Below the pieces are notes generated by a model, which saw only the letters and a list, made by a program, of their open reading frames with translations, ran no database searches and was not told the origin of the DNA. Made by a program: the position numbers and the translations under genes. This document shows, piece by piece, positions 1 through 9,872 of a DNA stretch of 24,990 bases (the stretch's first letter is position 1; each line of letters begins with the position of its first letter). Source of the DNA: Candidatus Cloacimonadota bacterium (GTDB lineage: Bacteria > Cloacimonadota > Cloacimonadia > Cloacimonadales > WRIO01); contig JAKQQL010000400.1 in the NCBI GenBank assembly GCA_029564175.1, positions 1 through 24,990 of the forward strand, given 5' to 3'.

Positions 1-141
1 GAAAAAATTATTTTTATTATCGTGTCAGTTCTCAAAAAACTGGCAGAATCTTCTGATAACAAGCTCGATGACCAGTTGGTGGATATTATCGAATATACTT
101 TGTTCACCGCTCTCAATCCTAATGGAATCATCAATGACTGA
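1..141 (+). CDS. 5'-truncated small protein, phage-like (…LKKLAESSDNKLDDQLVDIIE…)
   Basis: Frame 1 is open from base 1 to TGA at 139-141 (EKIIFIIVSVLKKLAESSDNKLDDQLVDIIEYTLFTALNPNGIIND*). It overlaps the next ATG (ATGACTGA), consistent with translational coupling. Not in the ORF track because the start lies outside the window. Confidence 0.6.
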   Translation, partial: EKIIFIIVSVLKKLAESSDNKLDDQLVDIIEYTLFTALNPNGIIND

Positions 142-334
142 AATTTACAAGCTTTTGCTGGATTATACGATCTGGCCTGTTTTACTGGCAGTACTCTGTT
201 ATCTTTGGAAAGACCAGGCGAGCCGGATAAAATCCATTGAATCAAAATTTAACAAAATCGAAAAAGAACTTGTTCGGATTTCAACGCTGGTTGAGTCCTA
301 TATTTCAAATAAAATACGACAAAAGCCTAGCTAA
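134..334 (+). CDS. small single-TM plus coiled-coil protein (holin/XhlA-like architecture), 66 aa
   Basis: The ATG at 134 overlaps the upstream stop and is a better start than 68. Hydrophobic segment IWPVLLAVLCYLW is followed by heptad-like RIKSIESKFNKIEKELVRISTLVE. Confidence 0.55.
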   Translation: MTEIYKLLLDYTIWPVLLAVLCYLWKDQASRIKSIESKFNKIEKELVRISTLVESYISNKIRQKPS

Positions 335-533
335 AGTGAGATGAATTAAAATTAAATTAAAAATGATTCCCTCCTGGGAGGTTGATTTATTTTTGGTAAG
401 ATTATCCATAAATAGTACTTATTGTCAGCCATTTATTTCTGAAAGTTAATACTGAAAAAAAGACGAAATATATTTTAAACTGTAACAGCTACAATTTTTT
501 ACAGTTTCATCTATGAATCAAGAGAATTTTCTC

Positions 534-561
534 TTGCATAAATTTGCAGGTAAAATAAAAT
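534..561 (+). promoter_or_regulatory. candidate sigma70 promoter for the exbB operon
   Basis: TTGCAT (534-539), 16-nt spacer, TAAAAT (556-561), then AGGAGGA RBS just before the ATG at 589. Confidence 0.35.
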
Positions 562-588
562 GGAACTAATAGCCTGTCAGGAGGATGA

Positions 589-1224
589 ATGAATTTAAGT
601 TTACTGGAAATTGCATCAAAAGGCGGATGGTTAATGATCGTCCTGTTTATCTTGTCTCTTATTTCTTTTATTATATTTTTTGAGAGATACTTTAAACTGA
701 TTAAAGTAAAAAAAATAGACGATAAAACATTTCAGGAAATTAATTCTCTGATTAAACATAATCAGATTGATCAAGCTATCAAAATAGCAGAATTCAACAA
801 GAGTCATTTAGCGCCAGTATTTCATAAAGGACTTCAGTTTATTAAACAAGACAGCGTTTTAGCTCAGGAATCGATTGAACAAGGCGCAAACAAGATCATC
901 AGAGACCTTGAAAAAAATACAGGTTCATTGGCAACTATCTCATCAGTCGGACCATTAATTGGATTTTTGGGAACAGTCACCGGTATGATCAAAGTGTTTA
1001 TAAAACTTCAACAAGCACAGGCAGGGGTAGATATTCAACTGCTCGCCGGTGGTATATGGGAAGCAATGCTGACCACAGTGGGCGGTTTAATCGTAGGTAT
1101 TATCAGTTTACTTTTTTATAATTATCTGATAAGCCGGATTGAGCTTACAGCGAATGAGATAGAAAGTAGTTGCAATGATATCATTTTACAGATTAAGGGA
1201 TTAAATAATGAAACTCAGGCTTAA
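589..1224 (+). CDS. exbB: MotA/TolQ/ExbB proton channel protein
   Basis: GGWLM N-terminal TM, GPLIGFLGTVTGMI and GIWEAMLTTVGGL motifs; strong RBS. Confidence 0.92.
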   Translation: MNLSLLEIASKGGWLMIVLFILSLISFIIFFERYFKLIKVKKIDDKTFQEINSLIKHNQIDQAIKIAEFNKSHLAPVFHKGLQFIKQDSVLAQESIEQGANKIIRDLEKNTGSLATISSVGPLIGFLGTVTGMIKVFIKLQQAQAGVDIQLLAGGIWEAMLTTVGGLIVGIISLLFYNYLISRIELTANEIESSCNDIILQIKGLNNETQA

Positions 1225-1621
1225 GAAGAAACCGATTACATCAGTTGCGCTCATATCGATGACTGACGTGGTATTTCTGTTACTGATTTTTTTGCTGATT
1301 TCATCGAGTTATGTGACAAACAATGGTATCAAGATCAATATTCCTGAATCAACTTCTACTCAAAAAGAATATACTGACAATGTCTATCTGATTTTGACAC
1401 AAGAAGATGAGATATTTATCAATCATACTGAAAGTAATTGGCAAACGGTTGTGAATGATTTAAAGCAAATCATCGAAAAAAATCCTGAAGTTGCCATTAT
1501 GATACAGGCAGATCAGGAAATTCCATTAAAAAAGATCATCGCACTGATTGATGTAACAAAGCTTGCCGGCTCAAAACGCTTCTTTATTGCAACCAAGCTT
1601 CATAGCTCAGAGGGTATATAA
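1208..1621 (+). CDS. exbD: ExbD/TolR biopolymer transport protein
   Basis: SMTDVVFLLLIF TM with conserved Asp, IKINIP and IQADQEIP motifs; overlaps exbB. Confidence 0.92.
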   Translation: MKLRLKKKPITSVALISMTDVVFLLLIFLLISSSYVTNNGIKINIPESTSTQKEYTDNVYLILTQEDEIFINHTESNWQTVVNDLKQIIEKNPEVAIMIQADQEIPLKKIIALIDVTKLAGSKRFFIATKLHSSEGI

Positions 1622-2346
1622 TGAAAGAAAATCAGTTGAGCTGGATGATTGCAATTGCTTTTCATATGCTTATACTGTTTTTTTTAATGCTTTATCACGT
1701 AAAAATGCCTGAACGTCTGGAAATAGATCAGATAGAAGTCATTGCACTTGAAGAGATAAAAACAGAAACCAGTGACCCCGCTCAATCACGTGTAGGAGAA
1801 AAGGGAAAACAAAAACCCTCTCCTGCTTATGCGCAAACAAAAGTTACATTACCTGGTTCCACTGTCAATTTTGAAGATGCAGTAAAAATACATCATCTGC
1901 CGGTTAAAAAGTCTGATCGAATGAATGAAAGCCTGTTAAGAAGCCAGGTAGATGATCAATTGCTCGCTTCAAACAGTCCTTCTTTATCCAGTGGGTCAAA
2001 AAATGAACTACTGATTGGAAATAAGGTCGGATTATCAACCGATACTAATGAAAGATCAGGCCTCATTTCAGATGGGAATTCCAGTTTTCAGATTGAAGGA
2101 GACGTTATATCTCGTCAGATTTTAAAAAAAGAATTACCAAAATATCCAGATAATATCCAAAAAGATGGCACCGTTCGATTACAGTTTACAGTTCTACCTG
2201 ATGGTAGTGTGGGAGATATTGTCATCATAAAAAAGAGTGATCCTGTATTTGAAAATTTATCAATACAAGCTTTACATAAATGGAAATTTAACCGATCAGA
2301 CCGAAAAAATACGGGTATAATCAGTTTTCACTTTAAAATGGAGTAG
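1621..2346 (+). CDS. tonB: energy transducer TonB family protein
   Basis: N-terminal TM with His (IAFHMLIL), low-complexity spacer, C-terminal TonB_C (PKYP…GTVRLQFTVLPDGSV…ALHKWKF); TAATG overlap with exbD. Confidence 0.85.
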   Translation: MKENQLSWMIAIAFHMLILFFLMLYHVKMPERLEIDQIEVIALEEIKTETSDPAQSRVGEKGKQKPSPAYAQTKVTLPGSTVNFEDAVKIHHLPVKKSDRMNESLLRSQVDDQLLASNSPSLSSGSKNELLIGNKVGLSTDTNERSGLISDGNSSFQIEGDVISRQILKKELPKYPDNIQKDGTVRLQFTVLPDGSVGDIVIIKKSDPVFENLSIQALHKWKFNRSDRKNTGIISFHFKME

Positions 2347-2355
2347 TAAAGGCAG

Positions 2356-3558
2356 ATGCATTATACGATAGATATCAGAAATTTAAATCAAGCTAAAACA
2401 GCGTTAAAACAAATCGAGGTAACAGAAGCCGGAATTGATTTAATGGCAGATAAAATGCTACATATCAATATTAAAATGAAGGATGTAAAACTGGCAGCGG
2501 CCAATATATTAAAACAAGAGATGCTCTCATTGGGAGCCGACGCGGCAGTTGCTAAAGGGGTGGTGACTGGCAAAGCTGAATACAGTGATGTGATTCTTAG
2601 CGGTAGTTTAAATCAATTCAATAAATTAAGTCATAAATTAGAAAAACAGAGCTGGTTTGGTTTGTCAGAAATCAGACAGTCCATCATCGATATCATGCAA
2701 GCATTTCAATCAGAAAATCAAGGGATAATGAAGATCAGAGATAAGACATTTGAGAAAAATAAGACATGGTTAATGGGAATTCTCAATGTAACTCCAGATT
2801 CATTTTCAGATGGGAATCTTTTTAATACCCCCAAAAAAGCGCTTGATCATTGTATTGAAATGATCAAGCAAGGCGTTGATATTATAGATATAGGCGGGGA
2901 ATCCTCAAGACCTGGATCGGATCCGTTAAACGAGGATGATGAAATTCAACGGGTTATCCCAGTCATTGAAACAATTCGCAAAGTTTCTGATATACCCATA
3001 TCAGTTGATACATATCATGCTGAAACAGCTCGTCTTTCCATAGAAGCGGGGGCTGATATCATCAATGATATCTCCGCTTTGAGATTCGATCAGAAAATGA
3101 CAGATGTACTTAAAACACAGCCCCATATACCCATCATCCTGATGCACATGCAAGGGATGCCAAAAACAATGCAAAATGAACCCTTTTATCATGATGTAAT
3201 AGCTGATATCCTGTCATTTTTTGATGAAAGGATTTCGTATTGCAAGGCACATGGGATTGAAAAACATAGAATTATTCTGGATCCGGGAATTGGTTTCGGG
3301 AAAAGACTTGAAGATAACTTAATGATTTTAAATCAGCTCTCTGCCTTTTCTTCTTTTGGATGTCCGGTATTACTGGGGGCTTCACGAAAAAGTTTTATCA
3401 ATCAAATTTATCCTTCTTTGCCACAGGAAAGGCTTATGGGTAGTTTGTCAACCTCAGCACTTGCTTTTCAGCATGGCATTAATTTTGTCAGAGTTCATGA
3501 TGTGAAGGCACACAGAGAATTTTTAAGTGTATTACAAAGTGTGAGAGAAGGATTATGA
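2356..3558 (+). CDS. folP: dihydropteroate synthase with ~125 aa N-terminal extension
   Basis: MGILNVTPDSFSDG, DIGGESSRPG, ILDPGIGFGK, GASRKSF and RVHDV motifs. Confidence 0.95.
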   Translation: MHYTIDIRNLNQAKTALKQIEVTEAGIDLMADKMLHINIKMKDVKLAAANILKQEMLSLGADAAVAKGVVTGKAEYSDVILSGSLNQFNKLSHKLEKQSWFGLSEIRQSIIDIMQAFQSENQGIMKIRDKTFEKNKTWLMGILNVTPDSFSDGNLFNTPKKALDHCIEMIKQGVDIIDIGGESSRPGSDPLNEDDEIQRVIPVIETIRKVSDIPISVDTYHAETARLSIEAGADIINDISALRFDQKMTDVLKTQPHIPIILMHMQGMPKTMQNEPFYHDVIADILSFFDERISYCKAHGIEKHRIILDPGIGFGKRLEDNLMILNQLSAFSSFGCPVLLGASRKSFINQIYPSLPQERLMGSLSTSALAFQHGINFVRVHDVKAHREFLSVLQSVREGL

Positions 3559-4307
3559 ATTTTATAATACCAGGCTTTTCAGATATTCTGGATATTTTAA
3601 TAGTCGCTTCTATCGTTTATGGAATCATTCGATTATTCAAAAGAAATAACGGTTTTGATATCATCTATTCACTTAGTTTTATTGTTTTCTTGTATTTTAT
3701 TGCTTCCTACTTTAAACTGGAGATGATACTGGCGATACTAAAAGGGATTCAGCAATACTGGATATTAGGCTTATTAATCATATTTTCACCAGAGATCAGA
3801 CGAGCGATGACTCAGTCATTTCAAAACAAGAATATGTTTAATCTGTTTTTTAGAAAAGACCATAAAATAAGCTATAATCCTATAATAGATGCAGTTAATG
3901 AACTGTCCTCCAAAAAAATCGGAGCACTCATCGTTTTTGAAAAAAATCAGGTAATCGATGAATATATTAATGCCAGTGGGGAGATAATCGATTCCGTCAT
4001 AAGTGCTAAGATATTGGTTACTTGTTTTTGGCAAAATACGCCATTACATGATGGAGCTGTCATCATCCGAAAAAACCGGATATATGCTGCGAAAGTCGTG
4101 TTACCTTTATCAAAAAATACCGATTATAGTGATAAACTGGGAACCAGACATTTAGCTGCTCTTGGAATCGCAGAAGTAAGCGATGCTTATTGTATTGTAG
4201 TCTCTGAGCAGACAGGCAAAATATCATTTGCCGCTCATCATGAGATTAAATCAGGTATATCCATTGAAGAACTTTTACAATTATTAAGTGATGAAGAGAA
4301 AAAATGA
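3555..4307 (+). CDS. cdaA: membrane diadenylate cyclase CdaA (DisA_N/DAC domain)
   Basis: Three N-terminal TMs, IIFSPEIRR, TPLHDGAVII, GTRHLAALG and VVSEQTG; ATGA overlap with folP. Confidence 0.9.
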   Translation: MNFIIPGFSDILDILIVASIVYGIIRLFKRNNGFDIIYSLSFIVFLYFIASYFKLEMILAILKGIQQYWILGLLIIFSPEIRRAMTQSFQNKNMFNLFFRKDHKISYNPIIDAVNELSSKKIGALIVFEKNQVIDEYINASGEIIDSVISAKILVTCFWQNTPLHDGAVIIRKNRIYAAKVVLPLSKNTDYSDKLGTRHLAALGIAEVSDAYCIVVSEQTGKISFAAHHEIKSGISIEELLQLLSDEEKK

Positions 4308-4978
4308 GACCTGTATTAATCGGAATAACGGGTGGTATTGCTTCGGGTAAATCAACATTCAGCAGAATGATTCAAGAGGAAGGATATACAGTCATTTTTT
4401 CTGACCAGATTGGCCACGAAGTGTTAATGTTACCTGAGATCAAGCTGAAGCTTGTGAATGCATTTGGGCAGGATATTTTGGTACAGAATAAGATTGACCG
4501 TAATAAGCTGAGAGAGATCGTTTTTAAGGATAAAAGTAATATCGATAAATTAAATAAGATTGTTCATCCGGAAATTTTAGAAGCAATGGATGATGTTGTA
4601 AACCATTCTTCGTTTGAGTATTTGTTCTTTGAAGTTCCTTTATTATTTGAAACAAGACTGGAAGATTGTTTTGATTTTATTGTTCTGGTTTATGTTGACC
4701 AAACAATACAGATTGACAGATTGATTAATCGAAATCATTATAGTTATGATCATGCAAAAAGTATCATAGATTCTCAAATGCCATTAGCAATTAAAATAGA
4801 AAAATCAGATTTATCAATAGAAAACAATGGGACTGAAGAAGATCTTCACTGTCAAGTTTGGAAAGTCATTAAACATCTGTCTGGTATAAGACGAAGAAAA
4901 ATCAAATCATTTGTTGAAAGTCAGGATAATGCATCGTATCATTCTTCTAAAAAAGACTTTACGAAAAAACATAGATAA
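4304..4978 (+). CDS. coaE: dephospho-CoA kinase
   Basis: IGITGGIASGKS P-loop, IDRNKL, LNKIVHP, EVPLLFE, SQMP and IENNG motifs. Confidence 0.93.
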   Translation: MRPVLIGITGGIASGKSTFSRMIQEEGYTVIFSDQIGHEVLMLPEIKLKLVNAFGQDILVQNKIDRNKLREIVFKDKSNIDKLNKIVHPEILEAMDDVVNHSSFEYLFFEVPLLFETRLEDCFDFIVLVYVDQTIQIDRLINRNHYSYDHAKSIIDSQMPLAIKIEKSDLSIENNGTEEDLHCQVWKVIKHLSGIRRRKIKSFVESQDNASYHSSKKDFTKKHR

Positions 4979-5012
4979 TTAAAATGAATCAATATCATTA
5001 TATGGAGGTTAA

Positions 5013-7247
5013 ATGCGTATAAAATCAAGCGTGGTTCTTATATTAGTATTCTTGTTCTCTTTGAGTTGCTATGCTCAGGAAAACTTAATATTAGACATTA
5101 AAGTTTCAGGAAATAAGCATATCAGTAATGAACTAATCTTATCTTCTGTCAGTTTAAAAATCGGGGATTATATTGACCCTGTTAAGGTTACTGAATCCAT
5201 CAAATCTCTTTATAAGTTAAATGTGTTTGATGATGTCAGCTTTGATGAAGAAGTAATGAATAATGGCATCAGAATACTCATTAATGTGATTGAGTTGCCC
5301 GTGATTAAATCAATCAGCTATAAGGGAAACAAAGTCCTATCCGCTTCCAAGTTAGATGAGATTATCGTTTTAAGAAAAGGGAGTTACTGGTCATCAGCAA
5401 ATGCTTTTGAAAATAACAGAAAAATATTAGCAGAATATAAAAGCAAAGGTTTTAACAATGCAAGTATAGAATATGATGCACAAAGTGACGAAAATAATCA
5501 AGTTGATTTGAAGATAATTTTTAAAGAAGGAAAGAAAGTAAGTGTCCGAAAAATAATTGTTTTGGGCAATGAGAATCTGACTCAAAAACAAATTCTAAAA
5601 AAGATGAAAACCAAGGCTAAAAGTTTGTTTAGAAGCGGTAAGTTTGAAGAAGAACAGTTTGAACAGGATCAGTCTGAAATAATCAATCTTTACAAAAAAA
5701 TGGGCTATATGGAGGCTCAGATTGTCAATATTGACCAGGAAGTAAAAGAGGATCGTTTTATTGATATTACAATTACAATAGAAGAAGGGATAAAATATTA
5801 TTTTGGATCAGTTCAAATTACAGGAAATGAACGCTTTACCAGTGAAGCGCTTCTTGAGAATATAACTTTAAAAGAAAATGAAATTTTTAATCTGGAAGAA
5901 TTTAATAAACAACTTTCAAAAATATCGTCGATGTATTATGAAGATGGCTATATTTACTCTGAATTTAATCCGATCATTAACAAAGAGGGTAGCAAGGTCA
6001 ATGTGAATCTGGAAATCAATGAAAATAACCGTGCAAAAATACATAAAATACATATAAGCGGTAATCGTAAAACAAAAGAAAAAGTGATAAGACGTCAATT
6101 GGAAATTGCACCTGGAGATTATTTTAAACAAAGTTTTGTCGTCAAAAGTCAGCAAAATGTTTATAATATGGGCTTTTTTGAACCAGATATGAAACTGGAT
6201 TATCAACCGATCAATAAAGAGGGAGACATTGATCTCTATCTGAATGTCAATGATAAAACCTCTGGTCAGGCAAATGGCGGAATAGGTTATAACAGTCAGG
6301 ATAAAGTGATAGGACAGTTTAGCGTTAGTCACAATAACATTCTGGGTAATAACTGGACAGGCAGTTTAAAATGGGAATTTGGTGCATCCGTTCAAAATAT
6401 TGAATCCAGTTTTACCAATCCCTATTTTTATGATACCAAATTACTTTTAGGAACCAATTTCTATCATACACGTAAAGACTGGGACAGTTTTAATTATCAA
6501 ATCTATACCAATGGTGGAGGAATACAGATTGGTTATCCTCTAAAATTTATCAATTATAGTCGGATTGTCGGTGGCTATTCCTATTATTCAAAAAAGTATA
6601 ATATACAGGATTGGAATGATTCCTATACCAGTAGCCTGGCTGAATTAGATTCTACTGGTTGGCAAAATACCAGCTCAATTTCTGCTACTATCAGCAGAGA
6701 CAGTCGTGATAATGTCTTTTATCCAATGAGTGGCTCACGTGTTACTTTATATTCAGAATTAGCCGGTGGCATCATGGGGGGTGATTTTAATTATTTTAAA
6801 CAGATAGCTGAAGTCAGCTGGTACACTCAAACATTCTGGAAATTAGTTTTAAGAACTAAATGGAGAATGGGATATGTTACGTCTTATGGAAACTCATCAA
6901 ACGATGTTCCTCCTGATGAGAGATTTTATCTGGGTGGAACAGGCGCTGACGGCTTGAGAGGTTATGGTGACCGGTCAATAGGACCAGCTGACGGCGGGAA
7001 ACGAGAAATCTTGTTCTCTACAGAATACACTGTCCCAATTTCAACAGATCAGATAATCGGGCTGGCTTTCTTTGATGCAGGAAATAGTTTTAATAAATTT
7101 GAAAACTTTAATTTCCTTGATTTTAAAAAAGGATCTGGTTTAGGTGTCAGAATCAGAAGTCCTTTTGGGTTAATTGGATTTGATTATGCATATAATTTTG
7201 AAGAAAAAATTTGGGAACCTCATTTCCAGTTTGGAACAAACTTCTAA
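5013..7247 (+). CDS. bamA: outer membrane protein assembly factor BamA
   Basis: Signal peptide, repeated POTRA segments (e.g. ISGNRKTKEKVIRRQL), RDSRDNVFYP, ERFYLGG…LRGY (VRGF-like), SPFGLIGFDY and C-terminal Phe; GGAGG RBS. Confidence 0.95.
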   Translation: MRIKSSVVLILVFLFSLSCYAQENLILDIKVSGNKHISNELILSSVSLKIGDYIDPVKVTESIKSLYKLNVFDDVSFDEEVMNNGIRILINVIELPVIKSISYKGNKVLSASKLDEIIVLRKGSYWSSANAFENNRKILAEYKSKGFNNASIEYDAQSDENNQVDLKIIFKEGKKVSVRKIIVLGNENLTQKQILKKMKTKAKSLFRSGKFEEEQFEQDQSEIINLYKKMGYMEAQIVNIDQEVKEDRFIDITITIEEGIKYYFGSVQITGNERFTSEALLENITLKENEIFNLEEFNKQLSKISSMYYEDGYIYSEFNPIINKEGSKVNVNLEINENNRAKIHKIHISGNRKTKEKVIRRQLEIAPGDYFKQSFVVKSQQNVYNMGFFEPDMKLDYQPINKEGDIDLYLNVNDKTSGQANGGIGYNSQDKVIGQFSVSHNNILGNNWTGSLKWEFGASVQNIESSFTNPYFYDTKLLLGTNFYHTRKDWDSFNYQIYTNGGGIQIGYPLKFINYSRIVGGYSYYSKKYNIQDWNDSYTSSLAELDSTGWQNTSSISATISRDSRDNVFYPMSGSRVTLYSELAGGIMGGDFNYFKQIAEVSWYTQTFWKLVLRTKWRMGYVTSYGNSSNDVPPDERFYLGGTGADGLRGYGDRSIGPADGGKREILFSTEYTVPISTDQIIGLAFFDAGNSFNKFENFNFLDFKKGSGLGVRIRSPFGLIGFDYAYNFEEKIWEPHFQFGTNF

Positions 7248-7265
7248 TCGCAGGAGAATCTAAAC

Positions 7266-9089
7266 ATGATATGGAAGAACTTGATACGAAAGAAATTCAA
7301 TTTTGATTTGAAATTGATTTTATTAGTTATAATCTGTACTTTTATAATGAATGGACTTATCGCATCAGATGTCTCTGTCTCTGCATACGTCGATCAAAAT
7401 AAAATTGGATTGAATGATATTTTTCAGTTATATATTGAAATTTCAGCTTCTGATATATCAAATATAGAACAGCCCCTGTTACCTAATATCCCGTTTGAAA
7501 ACTTAGGTGTCAGTCAGTCTTCATCAACATCAATCAGTATCATAAATGGTAAAATGACTTCAGTCAAGAAGAAAACTTACATTTACAGCCTTCAGCCTCA
7601 AAAAAAGGGTACGTTTAATATCCCCTCTATTAGTGTGAAAGCTGAAGGTAAAATATTCAAAACAAATGGAATACAAATCATCGTGAACGAAGGAAGCAGT
7701 CAAAGACAAAATCCAACTCCAAACCGACCTCAAGCTTCTCAATTCAAAACTTCAGACAGAATTAATGAAGAGGATATTGTATTTGTAGCCGAACCATCCA
7801 AGCGTTCTGTCTATAAGAATGAATCCTTTATTGTTGATTATACATTATATACCCGCTATAATCTGCAATTGGACAGATTAGGCGAAGAACCTGTTTTTAA
7901 TGGCTTTTGGAAAGAAGATATTTCTGGTGATGGTAATATCAAAATGATTGAAACAACCTGGCAAGGTAAAAAATATTATGCCCTTCATATACGAAAGCTC
8001 ATTTTATCAGCTAACAAAGCGGGAAATTTACAGATTCCTTCTCTCACATTATTTGCTGATGTCGCTTTACCTGCAACAGGCTTTTTTGGTTTCTCACAGT
8101 CGAAGTCCATTACCTTAAAATCTAAACCAGTCAATATAGCTGTATCTGACTTACCAAAAGTACCAACAGGTCTCAATTTTTCAGGGGCTGTTGGTCAATT
8201 TGATATTAATACAAAGTTAAATCCAAAAACTGTCAAAGCGGGTGAAACGGCTACCCTTACGATAACAATAAGTGGTACAGGAAATTTGAATCAGATGAAT
8301 AATCCGGAATTTCCTCCTGTAACAAATTTAAAAGTATTAGGACCTGAATCCGAAAACAAAAAGGATGGGAATAAGGCTAACCAGATTACCAGAATTTTTA
8401 GATATGCTTTTTTACCTCAGGATGAGGGTTTATACAGTATCCCTGCTATTGAATTTATCTATTTTGACCCTGTTCAAAAAAAATATGTAAATAAGACTAG
8501 CCCAGAGTATAAATTGCAGGCAGAAAGAGGTAATATTGTACTTACTACTACCAATAATCAAAAAATTATCAGTTCTGAAGGTAGCGATATTGGTTTTATC
8601 GTTACCGATTTAAATTTTATTGATTTTCCTGTCTTGTTTAAATCAGGAATTTACTGGCTTGCAATACTGTTGCTTGTTTTATCAATACCTGCTCATTATT
8701 TTTATAAACTGGAACAAGATAAATTGTCTTCTAATTTAGATTATCTGAGACATCGAAAAGCAAGTAGTATTTTAAAGAAATATTTGAAAGATGCCAGCTT
8801 TGCCTACAAACATCAACAAGACAATCAATTTTATGATTCATCCTATAAAGGTATCTTACAGTATCTGACAGACAAACTTGCTATTGCCAGAGGTAGTACA
8901 AAAAATGAGATTTTTGATACCCTTAAACAACATCTTGATAATGAACAACTATATATTCAGCTTAATCACTTTATGGATAAATGCACTCAGTTTAAATATA
9001 TGCCTGGAACTGAAGGGCAAAATGATTTGCGTGAAGATTACCAGCACTTAAAAAATCTTGTTAATGAATTAACCAAGCATATTAAGTAG
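7266..9089 (+). CDS. batD: BatD family (oxygen tolerance/Ig-like repeat) membrane protein
   Basis: Signal peptide, SQSSSTSISIINGK, GTFNIPSI, GAVGQF, GTGNL, YFDP and a C-terminal TM, typical of BatD. Confidence 0.85.
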   Translation: MIWKNLIRKKFNFDLKLILLVIICTFIMNGLIASDVSVSAYVDQNKIGLNDIFQLYIEISASDISNIEQPLLPNIPFENLGVSQSSSTSISIINGKMTSVKKKTYIYSLQPQKKGTFNIPSISVKAEGKIFKTNGIQIIVNEGSSQRQNPTPNRPQASQFKTSDRINEEDIVFVAEPSKRSVYKNESFIVDYTLYTRYNLQLDRLGEEPVFNGFWKEDISGDGNIKMIETTWQGKKYYALHIRKLILSANKAGNLQIPSLTLFADVALPATGFFGFSQSKSITLKSKPVNIAVSDLPKVPTGLNFSGAVGQFDINTKLNPKTVKAGETATLTITISGTGNLNQMNNPEFPPVTNLKVLGPESENKKDGNKANQITRIFRYAFLPQDEGLYSIPAIEFIYFDPVQKKYVNKTSPEYKLQAERGNIVLTTTNNQKIISSEGSDIGFIVTDLNFIDFPVLFKSGIYWLAILLLVLSIPAHYFYKLEQDKLSSNLDYLRHRKASSILKKYLKDASFAYKHQQDNQFYDSSYKGILQYLTDKLAIARGSTKNEIFDTLKQHLDNEQLYIQLNHFMDKCTQFKYMPGTEGQNDLREDYQHLKNLVNELTKHIK

Positions 9090-9107
9090 AGCTGAAAGGA
9101 TTAATGA

Positions 9108-9872
9108 ATGAGTACCAGAATGATAATATTTAGTCTTATGATAATGATTTTTACAAGTCTTATCTCTGTTGATAATGAAAAAAAAATACTCTATTCAGCA
9201 ACAGAAGCATATAAGCTAAACGATTTTGATAAAGCATTAAGTTTGTATAGTGAGTTAGAAACGAGAAACCAGAAGAATCCAGATATATATTATAATATCG
9301 GAAATTGCTATTTTCGTTTAAACCGCATTGGGCTGGCAATATTATATTATAAAAAAGCTTTGCTGATTGATTCTTCTCATTCTCTGGCAAAGAAAAATCT
9401 GAATTTTGCTTTGAAGTTTACATTGGATAAACAGGATTTTGAGAATCAGAATTTCTTGAGCAATATTATCAATACCGCATATCAATCACTTTCTCTGAAT
9501 GCCCTTGCCTGGATTACACTGATTCTACTCACTGGCTTAGTAACTGTGATTCATGCAATGATTCGGAAGGGTCAGGATTACACGCATACCAAGCAAATGA
9601 TGTTAATGATAATGCTTGCTTTTAATCTCGTTTTTATTGCCTGGAGTGGTACCCGGTTTTATCACTACAAACACAATAATGAGGCAGTAATCTCTTCTTC
9701 AAAAGTGAATGCTTATAGTGGTCCGGGCGAAAATTACACAAAATTGTTTACCATACATGAAGGCTTAATAATTAAAATCAACAAAATTGATAATGCCTGG
9801 ACACTCGTTTCTTTATCCAATGGATTTAGCGGATGGGTGAGGACTTCCACTTATAAAGTCGTTGCAATATGA
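9108..9872 (+). CDS. batE: BatE-like TPR plus TM plus SH3b protein
   Basis: TPR (YYNIGNCYFRLNRIGLAILYYKKAL), two TMs and C-terminal SH3b (SGPG…FTIHEG…GWV); follows batD. Confidence 0.85.
   Translation: MSTRMIIFSLMIMIFTSLISVDNEKKILYSATEAYKLNDFDKALSLYSELETRNQKNPDIYYNIGNCYFRLNRIGLAILYYKKALLIDSSHSLAKKNLNFALKFTLDKQDFENQNFLSNIINTAYQSLSLNALAWITLILLTGLVTVIHAMIRKGQDYTHTKQMMLMIMLAFNLVFIAWSGTRFYHYKHNNEAVISSSKVNAYSGPGENYTKLFTIHEGLIIKINKIDNAWTLVSLSNGFSGWVRTSTYKVVAI

Noticed and set aside
68..133. ORF-track start at 68 for the 88-aa ORF
   Set aside because: It overlaps the frame-1 ORF ending at 141; the coupled ATG at 134 is more plausible.
367..395. CCTC-CTGG-GAGG followed by a T-rich run as a terminator or REP remnant
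   Set aside because: The stem is only 4 bp, too weak to call.
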